A program made the position numbers and the translations under genes. The notes under the pieces were generated by a model. It ran no database searches and was not told the DNA's origin. It saw only the letters and a program-made list of their open reading frames with translations. From Patescibacteria group bacterium (lineage in GTDB: Bacteria > Patescibacteriota > Patescibacteriia > UBA1558 > UBA10009), in contig JAHISB010000026.1 in assembly GCA_018818425.1 (NCBI GenBank), forward strand, positions 525 through 64,524: a stretch of 64,000 nucleotides of DNA, in the 5' to 3' direction. Position 1 is the stretch's first letter. Each line of letters begins with the position of its first letter. Below, one piece after another: positions 36,891 through 45,894 of the stretch.

Positions 36891-37862
36891 TTATTCAAGA
36901 ATTTTTTTACCATTAGTAGTAGCTATTTCAACTAATTGATCAAAATCATAATAGCGGCAGGCCTCCTGCAGCATTCTCATTTCTACCCACATATCGGCAT
37001 CCACAAACGGCTGGTAAAAGTCGTAGACATTATCGATTCCTAAGCCAACCGTAACGCCCGCGGCCAGCATTTCCGGAACGTTGCCAATGGAATTATGAAC
37101 CGGCGACTGATATTCATCCAATTGCCTCATAGCCAAGGCTGCCGACGGGCAGATAACTACGCTCATTCCTATTTCTGCCATTTCTTTATAAATTTTTTCA
37201 CGATATTTTTTAGGCTGGGCTGAAACCGAAAGTGCATGCACTGCCACAGTTTTATCACCATAGCTATGTTTTTTGGCGTATTTAATTAAAATTTCGGTAT
37301 CTTTTTCATTAGGATTATTTTCCTGATCAATATGAACATGAATTTTTTTATTTAAATTTTTGGCGATAGAAAACATAATCTCGTAATTTTCTTTATCACG
37401 TGGCCTATCTTTTGAGGGAAGGCCGCCGGCCAAATCCGACTTGGCAGTAATTTCTTCATAAAGTTTTCGCGCTTCTTTATCAATCAAACCGCCTAAGGGC
37501 TGGGTGATAGTTAATAATTTGATTTTATCTTTATACTCTTCCTTAACTTTATTAGCCGCGTCAATGGCTTTATGGCCAACGGCATCGTAAGCATCCACAA
37601 AAGTGGCCGTCAGCCTGCAGCCTTGTTCAATTAAAACATCTAAAGCTGTTTTGATTCTTTCTTTGATCTGTTCTTGGGTGGAGCTTTTTTTAATGTCGTC
37701 TGACATCAGCCATTTTTGTTCCATATCCACCATGCTTTTATCTAAGCCCTCTTTAGTAATATAATAGGACTTGTCAAAATGAGCATGGCAGTTTACAAAA
37801 CCGCCTTTCTGCTTAATGGCTTCCAGCATTTGTTGTTTAAGATTCCATGGTTGAAAATTCAT
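36891..37862 (-). CDS. amidohydrolase-superfamily metal-dependent hydrolase (cytosine-deaminase-like)
   Basis: HxH metal motif NCHAHFD near the N-terminus and later VHIDQ / VAVHAL blocks consistent with a TIM-barrel amidohydrolase. Confidence 0.45.
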   Translation of the reverse strand: MNFQPWNLKQQMLEAIKQKGGFVNCHAHFDKSYYITKEGLDKSMVDMEQKWLMSDDIKKSSTQEQIKERIKTALDVLIEQGCRLTATFVDAYDAVGHKAIDAANKVKEEYKDKIKLLTITQPLGGLIDKEARKLYEEITAKSDLAGGLPSKDRPRDKENYEIMFSIAKNLNKKIHVHIDQENNPNEKDTEILIKYAKKHSYGDKTVAVHALSVSAQPKKYREKIYKEMAEIGMSVVICPSAALAMRQLDEYQSPVHNSIGNVPEMLAAGVTVGLGIDNVYDFYQPFVDADMWVEMRMLQEACRYYDFDQLVEIATTNGKKILE

Positions 37863-38126
37863 ATGATTAAATTTAATGATTACAGATTCGCATTATTCGT
37901 GAATTCGTGTGATATTAGCGATGCTTATTAGTGAATTATTAGAAATATATATTAGCGATGTATAAAAAAGAACCCCTCTTCGGGGCTAATTTTGAAAAAA
38001 CTTTATAACTGACCCATGGCGGGTTTCTGGAAAAATAAGCTTTTTTGTCCACAATAATCTATGCATCTTTAATAGTATATACCTATTTTAATTGGTGGTC
38101 AAATATAGTGCCAGCCAGAGACTTAT

Positions 38127-38187
38127 CCCTGCCCGCTCATTCGAGTCTGAGAGTTTATCCTTCAGAGTCGAAGACCAGCAGGCGCGG
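38127..38187. repeat. palindromic REP/MITE-like element, family D copy 1 (CCTGC..CATTCGAGTCTGA...TCAGAGTCGAAGACC.GCAGG)
   Basis: Copies at 41996-42056 and 44790-44850 (inverted); core-less 'footprint' palindromes CCTGCCTGCCGGCAGG at 6011-6031 and 51489-51505. Confidence 0.7.
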
Positions 38188-38212
38188 CGCCTTTGGCGGA
38201 AAAATTGCTTGA

Positions 38213-38902
38213 TCACCACCCCTTGGCTTCCAAACCATTCTCGGCCGCTTTCATCTGCGCTTCCTGCTTGGAAGTGCCCTCGCCTTCGGCTACTAGTTCA
38301 TCATTTAAATAAATTCCCACCCTAAAATACCTATTATGGTCGGGCCCCGATTCATCCAATACTTTATAAATCGGCGTAACGCTGTAAAGCTCCTGGGCTT
38401 TTTCCTGAAACTTGCTTTTAGGGTCTGTATACAAATGATTTTCCAAAATATGGGGCAGCTTGACCAGAATATTATTGGTAATAAACTCTTTGGTCTGTTC
38501 CAGGCCGCTGTCTAAATAAATAGCGCCGATTACCGCTTCTAAAGCATTGGCCAAAATATAATTTCGGGCTTTGGGATTGCTGTCCTGCTTTTCGCCCTTG
38601 CTCATTTTTAAACAGGATTCGATATCCAAGCTGCGAGCAATATCAGCCAGCATTTTTGAATTAACCAAACTGGCCCGCCAGTTGGTCAGCTCGCCTTCCG
38701 GATTAGGGTAGTTCCGATATAAATATTCGGTGGTAATTATTTCTAAAACGGCATCGCCTAAAAACTCCAGCCGTTCGTTATGGTCAAGAGGAAAGTCTTT
38801 ATGTTCATTTAAATAAGAACGGTGAACCACCGCTGATTTTAATAGATCTAAATTTTTAAATTTTACTCCTAGTTTTTTTTGCAGATCGTTGTAATCTTCC
38901 AT
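38213..38902 (-). CDS. rnc: ribonuclease III
   Basis: RNase III signature ERLEFLGDAVLE, C-terminal dsRBD. Confidence 0.85.
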   Translation of the reverse strand: MEDYNDLQKKLGVKFKNLDLLKSAVVHRSYLNEHKDFPLDHNERLEFLGDAVLEIITTEYLYRNYPNPEGELTNWRASLVNSKMLADIARSLDIESCLKMSKGEKQDSNPKARNYILANALEAVIGAIYLDSGLEQTKEFITNNILVKLPHILENHLYTDPKSKFQEKAQELYSVTPIYKVLDESGPDHNRYFRVGIYLNDELVAEGEGTSKQEAQMKAAENGLEAKGW

Positions 38903-38988
38903 AAAGTTGGTAAGTTGGATAAGTTTAATAAGTTAATATGTCTTCAATAAATAACTTATCCGACTTATTAACTTAAAACTTATTCAAC

Positions 38989-39852
38989 TTAATTAATATT
39001 TAATTTCTTAAGCGCTGCTTGAAAAATCTCTTTAGCGTTCTCGTAGTCAATCATTTCTAAGGCCCGGTCTTTAGTTACCCATTGGGCGTCTTTAATTTCC
39101 GGTTCGTCGGTTATGGTTAAATCGGCATCGGTTGTTTCGATTAAATAATAATGAACGGTTTTAGGCACCGGGCGCTTATTGGGTTCATTAACCTTAATAT
39201 CGATACTGCCTAAATAACCTTTATTTTGAGTATTGGTTATGCCCACCTCTTCGCAAATTTCACGCTGGGCCGCTTTTTCTTTATCCTCGTTATCTTCGAT
39301 ATGGCCTTTGGGGAAAGTCCATTTATCATAAGCGTCCAAGACTAAAACAAATTTGACCTTATCGCCTTCTATCCGATAAACCACTCCGCCGGCCGAATAT
39401 TCCCGAGGCGGTTCTGTTTCAAACTCCTTTTTTTCGCCGCCTTCCTGCATCTCTTTAAAAACACTGCCCAAAACTCCATTAACAAACTTGCCCGACGACT
39501 CTCCGCCATAAGTTTTAGCCAGTTCAATAGCTTCGTTAATGGCTACTTTGGGCGGAATATCATCAGCTATTTTTAATTCATAAATACCCGTTCTTAAAAC
39601 ATTTCTGTCGACAATGGTAATTTGTTCAATGGGCCATTCGGGAGCATATTTTTTTATTAAGCCATCTATCTCTTTAATATTTTCGGTTACTTTAGTTAAA
39701 AGATGTTCGGAAAATCCCTGGTCATCAAAATCAGGAGCAAATTCCTTTCTGTTATTCTCCAAAATTTTATGGATATTTTCAGATTGCTGGTTAAAATCCC
39801 ATTGAAATAAGCTTTGAAGAACTAAAGTTCTGGCTAAATGTCTGTTAGACAT
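38989..39852 (-). CDS. nusB: NusB antitermination factor fused to a C-terminal NUDIX hydrolase domain
   Basis: N-terminal roughly 135 aa NusB (ARTLVLQSLFQWDF...AINEAIELAKTYGGESSGKFVNGVLG), then a Nudix domain with box GHIEDNEDKEKAAQREICEEVGI. Confidence 0.75.
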   Translation of the reverse strand: MSNRHLARTLVLQSLFQWDFNQQSENIHKILENNRKEFAPDFDDQGFSEHLLTKVTENIKEIDGLIKKYAPEWPIEQITIVDRNVLRTGIYELKIADDIPPKVAINEAIELAKTYGGESSGKFVNGVLGSVFKEMQEGGEKKEFETEPPREYSAGGVVYRIEGDKVKFVLVLDAYDKWTFPKGHIEDNEDKEKAAQREICEEVGITNTQNKGYLGSIDIKVNEPNKRPVPKTVHYYLIETTDADLTITDEPEIKDAQWVTKDRALEMIDYENAKEIFQAALKKLNIN

Positions 39853-39967
39853 AAATTTTGAATTTCTAATTTTGAATTTCGATTTAATTTTTACTTATTT
39901 AATTTTGAAGCTGTTTCGAAATTCGGTTTTCAAAATTTATTCGAAATTCAAAATTCAAAATTAATTC

Positions 39968-40186
39968 CTATTTTTCTTTTTTTTCTTTCTTTGCTTTTTT
40001 ATCTAAACTGGACTTTATCTTTATCACCTCGCGCCCCTTGTAATAACCGCAAAACCGGCAGGCTCTGTGAGCCAGGATCGGCTTTTGGCATTTAGGGCAT
40101 TTGTTTAGGCTAGATTTTTTTAAAGCAAAATGCGAAGCTCTCCTTTTTTTAGAAGATTTTGTTCTTTTTTGCGAAGGAAGTCCCAT
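39968..40186 (-). CDS. rpmF: 50S ribosomal protein L32
   Basis: MGLPSQKRTKSSKKRRASH...CPKCQKPILAHRACRFCGYYKGREV, bL32 zinc-ribbon pattern. Confidence 0.8.
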   Translation of the reverse strand: MGLPSQKRTKSSKKRRASHFALKKSSLNKCPKCQKPILAHRACRFCGYYKGREVIKIKSSLDKKAKKEKKEK

Positions 40187-40458
40187 ATAATTAGGAGGTT
40201 AGAATGTTAGGAGATTAGGAGCGTAGGAGATTTGAAGTTCACTAATAATATTGAATATCGTTTCTCCTATCCTCCTGAACTCCTAATATCCGGCTTTATA
40301 AAATTTAATGGTAGTTTAATTGATTTTAATAATTCTGTCAATGAATCCTGTTGCTTTATTTATTAAAATTTGGCTAATATTAGCTAAAATATATCTATTA
40401 AGGTTTAAAAAACTTGACAATCCCCTATTTTTTGCTATACTAACTTGTTCTGGGTGAA

Positions 40459-41525
40459 CCTACATTTTACCCTTTACCCTCAAGCGCAACACTTGGTAAT
40501 TTAGTTGATTTAGTATAAAGCTCATTAAAAACTTCTTTTGGCGTTTTATACCCAAGTTTTTTTCTAGGCGTATTATTCATCATTTCAATAATAGCAGAAA
40601 TTTGTTCCTGTGAGTAATTAGCGAGCGAAGCTCGCTTGGGAATAAAGCGCCGCAGGCGGCCAAAAGTATTTTCAATAATCGGTTTTTCCCATGAGGAATA
40701 CGGATGGCAGAAAAAGGTTTCAACATTTAGTTTTTCATACTTAGCGTTTTCCACGCCATTATCAAGTGTCATTGATTTAACTATTTTCTGATGCGGACTC
40801 AAAACATCTTTCAGTCCGTCCATAGAATATTTCAATCTGGCTGCCTTGAGCCCCGGTAGAAAAAGGGATTTCCGCTCTACTGCTCCAACGAATGTCTCCT
40901 GCTCGTATTTCGGTCGTCCCAGAGTATCGCCTTCAAAATCGCCAAAACGTTTCTGCTCGGCGACTATATCAGGGCGAAAATCAATAAATACGCGGTTAGG
41001 AATGATAGTTTTAGCAATTTTGATTGTTTGTCTCTTCTTTGGATGATAACGTTGATGCGGCAGATATTTACATAAATACTGACCACGGCTGGAATAGCAG
41101 AATTTATAAACGCTTTTAGCCGAGATAACAGCTTGGCCGTTATTAAGATAAGCGATGCGGCCGGCAACTTCCTCCGGCGACCAATTAGCCATCAATCCGA
41201 CAGCCACTTTAATTTCCAGGTTCGGATTATCGACAATTTTCATTCCCTGGTATTTTGACATTCTGCGTTTCAATCGAGCCTTGGTTTGCGCTTTGCGCGG
41301 GTCATAGGCGTCCCTCGCGCTATTAGTCTTGATTTCTCTGCTTACCGAAGAGTGGTTCTTCCCAATAGCTCTTGCTATATCCCGATGGGAATAACCTTTC
41401 TTCAGTAGGATGGAGATTTCATCTCGATCCGACTGTTTGAAGTGTTGATAACTCATAGTATTTTATTAATTGGTTTTGCCAATTATACTATACCTGAGTG
41501 TTGCACTTCAAAGGTAAATTTACGG
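40459..41525 (-). mobile_element. IS30-family insertion sequence (about 1.07 kb) with imperfect roughly 30-bp terminal inverted repeats
   Basis: Left end ...CCTACATTTTACCCTTTACCCTCAAGCGCAACACT (40459-40493) is inverted relative to the right end AGTGTTGCACTTCAAAGGTAAATTTACGG (41497-41525). Single transposase ORF inside. Confidence 0.65.
40467..41456 (-). CDS. IS30 family transposase
   Basis: N-terminal HTH (SHRDIARAIGKNHSSVSREI), DDE catalytic region typical of IS30 (DFEGDT..., ...LDNGVENA...), 329 aa. Confidence 0.8.
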   Translation of the reverse strand: MSYQHFKQSDRDEISILLKKGYSHRDIARAIGKNHSSVSREIKTNSARDAYDPRKAQTKARLKRRMSKYQGMKIVDNPNLEIKVAVGLMANWSPEEVAGRIAYLNNGQAVISAKSVYKFCYSSRGQYLCKYLPHQRYHPKKRQTIKIAKTIIPNRVFIDFRPDIVAEQKRFGDFEGDTLGRPKYEQETFVGAVERKSLFLPGLKAARLKYSMDGLKDVLSPHQKIVKSMTLDNGVENAKYEKLNVETFFCHPYSSWEKPIIENTFGRLRRFIPKRASLANYSQEQISAIIEMMNNTPRKKLGYKTPKEVFNELYTKSTKLPSVALEGKG

Positions 41526-42083
41526 AATCCAGCATTTTTATAAAAGATATTAGACCCGGCGCCATAAACTGGCGCTAAATAAAGATGCTATTTTGGTTCT
41601 GCGTCCACGACAAGCATGGGGATTATTACCAGCGCTTTTTATCCGGCTAGACAGCTCGTCTGACTTGCTCGATACGTGCTAGTAATAATTTTCTTGGACG
41701 CAGTACCAGCATAGTGTCTTTTTAAATTTCCAAATGTTTGATATTTGTTTATTTCGCTGATAATCGCCGAGATGCGCTGAGGTACGCGGATATTCGCTCG
41801 CCTCGAGCGAAGTCGAGAGGCGAAGCGGGCTGATAATCGCTGAAAAGTTGAATAATCCATTCATCAGCGTATATCCGCGCGTATCCGCCAATGGTCAGCG
41901 CTTCTCCGCGTCTATCTGCGATTTTTTATTTTGGAATTTGTAATTTATTTGTTATTTGGAATTTGGAATTTGTTTGTAACTTGTGGGTTGCCGTGCCTGC
42001 TCATTCGAGTCTGAACCTGAGGGCTCATCCCTCAGAGTCGAAGACCGGCAGGCAGGTATCTTGTATCTTATTTTATTGATATT

Positions 42084-43928
42084 TTACTCCTCAATAACCT
42101 CTCCGGTAGAAGTGGCCGTCTCCGGTTCTTTGCCGACAAGACATCTGGCCGGCCAGGGCACATAATGGCTGGTGAATCTTTCTTCTTTTATCTCGCCGCC
42201 GGGATAAGTAACCTTATAATCAAAATAGGCATCGGCGCCGGCATGGGCCGATTCAATGCAGTTTTTTTCGCCGGGCTCAAGCTCGGTGGTTTCGATATAT
42301 TGCGTTGGTCCGGAACCGGTAATGTTATAGATGACCGAATCGGACTGCTCAATAAGGCGGCCGTCTTTGGTGCCCCAAAAATCAAAATATAAATCATTGC
42401 CCTCAATTCTGGATTGAATTAAAATATGGTAAGGCGTATCGTTAACAAATTTTAAATCCGGCCTGGGGTCGTAAATAGTGGCATCTTTGCCGGCCGGCTC
42501 ATAATAACTAACGCGATAAGAATGGGGGCGGCGTTCGGTAATGGGCAGGCCGGCAGCCAGAGCGGTTCTAAAAATAGTGGTGCCGATCTGGCATAAGCCG
42601 CCGCCGTATTCCGGAACGGTCCTGTCGCCCTTAATTACCAGTTCCGGCTTGTAGCCGGTAGCCGCGTTAATTGCTCCCAGGGCCTTAATTAAAGAAAATT
42701 CTTCGTTGGGCTTAATTAAAATTCCATTTAAACTATCGGCGCCTATGGTGATATTGTGCTTCCTGTTTGAGGGACTGCCGCCAAAATCCGAATAACCTGT
42801 GCCGAGTATTTCGGCGATGCCTACATCGTTAATACTGCCTGTGGCCACCGCGGCCTTGATCTCGTTGACCACTAATTCAATCTCTAAATTATCATTTTTA
42901 AAAAGCTCTTCCTCTGTTTTAATTATGGATTTTTCGATGTCTAATTCTAAGCCATCATGGCTGCCCTGAAATTCAGTCACTCGGCCATTTTTAATCTCGA
43001 ACTTAGCGTCCGCCACCGGCTGATTAATAGCCAAAGCAATCTCTTGAGTTAAATACTTGGCCGTAGTTGAAGGCTCCAGCCCTAAAATAACCTGCCCGTT
43101 TTCCTTTTTAAGCATTAACCAGTCTTTAAAAACCTGCCGGCCGACCTGCCAATTTTTATCTTGATAAACAAAAGTGATGGCAGGATTAGTTACAAAGTCT
43201 TGTATCTCTGTTGACAAGGATTCGGTAATATCTGCCTGTTTGATGGCCGGCTCATCGAGGATTAAATCTATAACCAGAGGCTGCTTAATAAGCTGGCTGA
43301 TTTGCTCTAAAGTTTTAGTTAAAATTAACTGGTAGTTAAAACTGGTGCCCGAATTTTCCGGCAGAATTTCTAAATTAAAATCTTCATCAAAGCGCAAGCT
43401 GGCTTCGGCCTTGGGAGCGATATATTCCGCTAATTTATCCTGAAGAATCTCTAAAAATTCCTCCTGGTAAAATTCATACTTTAAAGGAAGGCTGATGCCG
43501 AAAATCAGGGCTTTCATCTGTTCTAAAAAATTTTCATAATAGCCCTGGCCCCGGCCTAAATTATAAGCATGGACAACCGCTTCCGCTACTTTAAAATCAA
43601 TCAGGCGGATAGACAAATCGGGATCGGCCGCAGCCGGTAAAATTAAAGGGATGTTGATCTCCTCGTCATGAAATTTATAAGTAATGCCTTTCTGTAAAAA
43701 ATCATCTACCGCCTGCTGAAATTTATTAATAGATTGATGGGTGTTGAGATTTTTTAAAGAATAGTTGATAACTTTTACACCCGGGAAAAAGCGATCTTCA
43801 AAAAAATTATTATAGGCCGCAACAAAAAGTCCTAAAATAGTCAGAAAAAATAAAAAAATGGTTACCATAATTAGCAACCACTTCATGGTTTTGGGCGCAT
43901 AATTACTCTGGCTGGTCTTTAGAAACAT
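42084..43928 (-). CDS. VanW-domain membrane-anchored protein
   Basis: N-terminal TM anchor; C-terminal VanW block GGGLCQIGTTIFRTALAAGLPITERRPHSYRVSYYEPAGKDATIY. Confidence 0.7.
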   Translation of the reverse strand: MFLKTSQSNYAPKTMKWLLIMVTIFLFFLTILGLFVAAYNNFFEDRFFPGVKVINYSLKNLNTHQSINKFQQAVDDFLQKGITYKFHDEEINIPLILPAAADPDLSIRLIDFKVAEAVVHAYNLGRGQGYYENFLEQMKALIFGISLPLKYEFYQEEFLEILQDKLAEYIAPKAEASLRFDEDFNLEILPENSGTSFNYQLILTKTLEQISQLIKQPLVIDLILDEPAIKQADITESLSTEIQDFVTNPAITFVYQDKNWQVGRQVFKDWLMLKKENGQVILGLEPSTTAKYLTQEIALAINQPVADAKFEIKNGRVTEFQGSHDGLELDIEKSIIKTEEELFKNDNLEIELVVNEIKAAVATGSINDVGIAEILGTGYSDFGGSPSNRKHNITIGADSLNGILIKPNEEFSLIKALGAINAATGYKPELVIKGDRTVPEYGGGLCQIGTTIFRTALAAGLPITERRPHSYRVSYYEPAGKDATIYDPRPDLKFVNDTPYHILIQSRIEGNDLYFDFWGTKDGRLIEQSDSVIYNITGSGPTQYIETTELEPGEKNCIESAHAGADAYFDYKVTYPGGEIKEERFTSHYVPWPARCLVGKEPETATSTGEVIEE

Positions 43929-44148
43929 TTAAAATATCATTTAACATGGCGGTGGCTGGCTGGTCAGTTTTCTGCTCTGCCTCTTCGGCCAAATCAAGAG
44001 AAACGGTAAATTGAACTTTAACGCCTTTAGCTGCCTTTGGAGTTAAATTTTTAGCGGGCCAAAGAACTTCGGTATTATCATCGAGCCTAATAACAGCCAC
44101 TTCCCCCTCTATCCTCTCCACTCTGCCTTTATAAATCTCCGGCTTCAT
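43903..44148 (-). CDS. hypothetical small protein
   Basis: 81-aa ORF immediately upstream of the VanW gene; no family recognised. Overlaps the annotated VanW start unless VanW starts at an internal Met. Confidence 0.3.
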   Translation of the reverse strand: MKPEIYKGRVERIEGEVAVIRLDDNTEVLWPAKNLTPKAAKGVKVQFTVSLDLAEEAEQKTDQPATAMLNDILNVSKDQPE

Positions 44149-44167
44149 AAATAATTTTTAAAAATAA

Positions 44168-44686
44168 CTATTTATTTTCATCTTTAACTTTAATGGAAAC
44201 TGATTTAGATTTTTTGGCTTTAGGCAGGCGGATAGTAAGGACGCCGTTTTTTAAGTTAGCTTCCACTTTATCGGCTATAATTTCTGTAGGCAGGATAATA
44301 GACCTGGAAAAACCGCCCCAGTAGCATTCCTGGTAAAAATAATCATCCTCTAAAACTTCTTCTTCCACCTGTCTTTTGCCGCGGACGGTTACCATATCGT
44401 TATTAATGGAAATATCAATATCCTCGGGCTTAACGCCGGCAATGGTTGATTTAATAACAATAGCGTCTTTAGTCTGGAAAACATCAACCGAAAGCTGTCC
44501 TTCTTCGTAATCTTCGTCCAGCCACTCTTCGTCGAGCTTGGCTTCGTTATCCTGCGATTCACCGACCTGGGCAGCCACTTTTTTTTCTTGAGAACTTTCA
44601 TCATCTAGAAAAAAGTCCTCGTTATTATCAGCTTCGCTGTTTTGAGAATCCGCGTCTTTGCTTTTTTTTCTAAAAATTTTCATCAT
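44168..44686 (-). CDS. Hsp20/alpha-crystallin family small heat-shock protein
   Basis: ACD core VDVFQTKDAIVIKSTIAGVKPEDIDISINNDMVTVRGKRQ...GVLTIRLPK; acidic N-terminal tail. Confidence 0.85.
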   Translation of the reverse strand: MMKIFRKKSKDADSQNSEADNNEDFFLDDESSQEKKVAAQVGESQDNEAKLDEEWLDEDYEEGQLSVDVFQTKDAIVIKSTIAGVKPEDIDISINNDMVTVRGKRQVEEEVLEDDYFYQECYWGGFSRSIILPTEIIADKVEANLKNGVLTIRLPKAKKSKSVSIKVKDENK

Positions 44687-44971
44687 ATAATTTAAAGTTA
44701 TTACTTGCTTAAGTGTTTGTTATTATACTAAATTTTTCCTGTTTTTACAAGTTAATTTGTTGATAAGTGAAAAATGATGATCTGCGACCCCTGCCTGCCG
44801 GTCTTCGACTCTGTGGTATGAGCCCTTAGGTTCAGACGGATGAGTAGCAGATATAATCCATTTCTATAACACAAAAACAGCTCCTTTTTACAGAAGATGT
44901 TTTGGATATTAAAAAATTAGTTAGTATTTGGAAATTAGAAATTGAGATTTGGAAATTCCCCCGAAGGGACG

Positions 44972-44983
44972 TGGGGTGGCTAT
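44972..44983. repeat. 12-bp direct repeat of the tRNA-His 3' end (TGGGGTGGCTAT vs TGGGGTGGCTAC at 50842-50853): putative attL of the island
   Basis: 11/12 identical nt to the 3' terminus of tRNA-His located 5.9 kb away, in the same orientation, bracketing the helicase-nuclease island. Confidence 0.5.
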
Positions 44984-45047
44984 TCGAAATGGTTGGGAAA
45001 CTATAGCTACTATACTTATTTTACTTAAAATGCAAATAAATTATTAT

Positions 45048-45833
45048 TTAGTCCAAATTATTAGTGCCTTCTCTTTGTTTTATTAAATGATCAATTTCTC
45101 TTTCTTGCTCATTTATATTATCGATAAAATTTCCGTTATCACTTCTTTTATACTTGAAGAGATTTTTGGCAATTTTTATTAAACTTAAAGCGTTTTTTAA
45201 ATCTTCTATTGTATCTTTATCTCTAAGTAGTAAGGCTGTTGTATAAAGATTGATCCATCCTTGACCTAAAATTTTATCGGAATATTCTTTAATAACATCT
45301 TTTGCATAAATGTACATTGGTAAATCAGCTGTCATTTTATCTTCTAATTTTAAAAAGTCCCTTGGCTCTATAATAGTAGCTGACCCTTTTATATACTGGC
45401 ATCTGACATAATCTATTATTAAATCTCTAAAAAAATCATACCTGTACCAAGGTTTATATCTCTCTGAAAGATGTTTTTTTTCGTTGTGAAGCTGAGGTGT
45501 GTATCTTTTATACTTCAATTCACTTAAATCCTCTAAATGAATTGGCTTATCTTTAAGCCAAAAAAGATATACTGGAATTGGAGATCCTTCCCAATATTTT
45601 ATTGTACTCTTTTTAAGATGAGGTTCGTTTTGTGTATATTTTACCTGGACATAAAAAAGTAAATTTGTAGGATACTGATCTCTTATAAGTTCACAAATAA
45701 AATCATTTCCTATATCCATACTTCCATCTATTTTATGTACCAAACAAAATTCCGATAAAAGATATTGGACAAAAGATTCGCCAATATTTCCTTTTCTTTT
45801 TGAATCAATATATTTAGGAAGGTCTTTTTTCAT
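45048..45833 (-). CDS. DUF4365-like protein with predicted PD-(D/E)xK restriction-endonuclease-like N-terminal domain
   Basis: N-terminal GNIGESFVQYLLSEF..VHKIDGSMDIGNDFICELIRD..LLFYVQVKYT pattern (E19, D40/D44, E48, K65) fits DUF4365/PD-(D/E)xK; C-terminal half helical. AT-rich codon usage like the adjacent helicase gene. Confidence 0.5.
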   Translation of the reverse strand: MKKDLPKYIDSKRKGNIGESFVQYLLSEFCLVHKIDGSMDIGNDFICELIRDQYPTNLLFYVQVKYTQNEPHLKKSTIKYWEGSPIPVYLFWLKDKPIHLEDLSELKYKRYTPQLHNEKKHLSERYKPWYRYDFFRDLIIDYVRCQYIKGSATIIEPRDFLKLEDKMTADLPMYIYAKDVIKEYSDKILGQGWINLYTTALLLRDKDTIEDLKNALSLIKIAKNLFKYKRSDNGNFIDNINEQEREIDHLIKQREGTNNLD

Positions 45834-45894
45834 AAACTTATTTAGAGTCGGGCAGAGTGTATTTATATACCTAATCTGTGCTTATAGATATTTA

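Noticed and set aside
38092-38325. 77-aa plus-strand ORF
   Set aside because: Formed by the family-D palindromic repeat and the rnc 3' end on the opposite strand.
41639-41891. 73- and 70-aa minus-strand ORFs between the IS30 element and the VanW gene
   Set aside because: They lie in repeat-laden, palindrome-rich DNA with no coding signature; probably remnants or non-coding.
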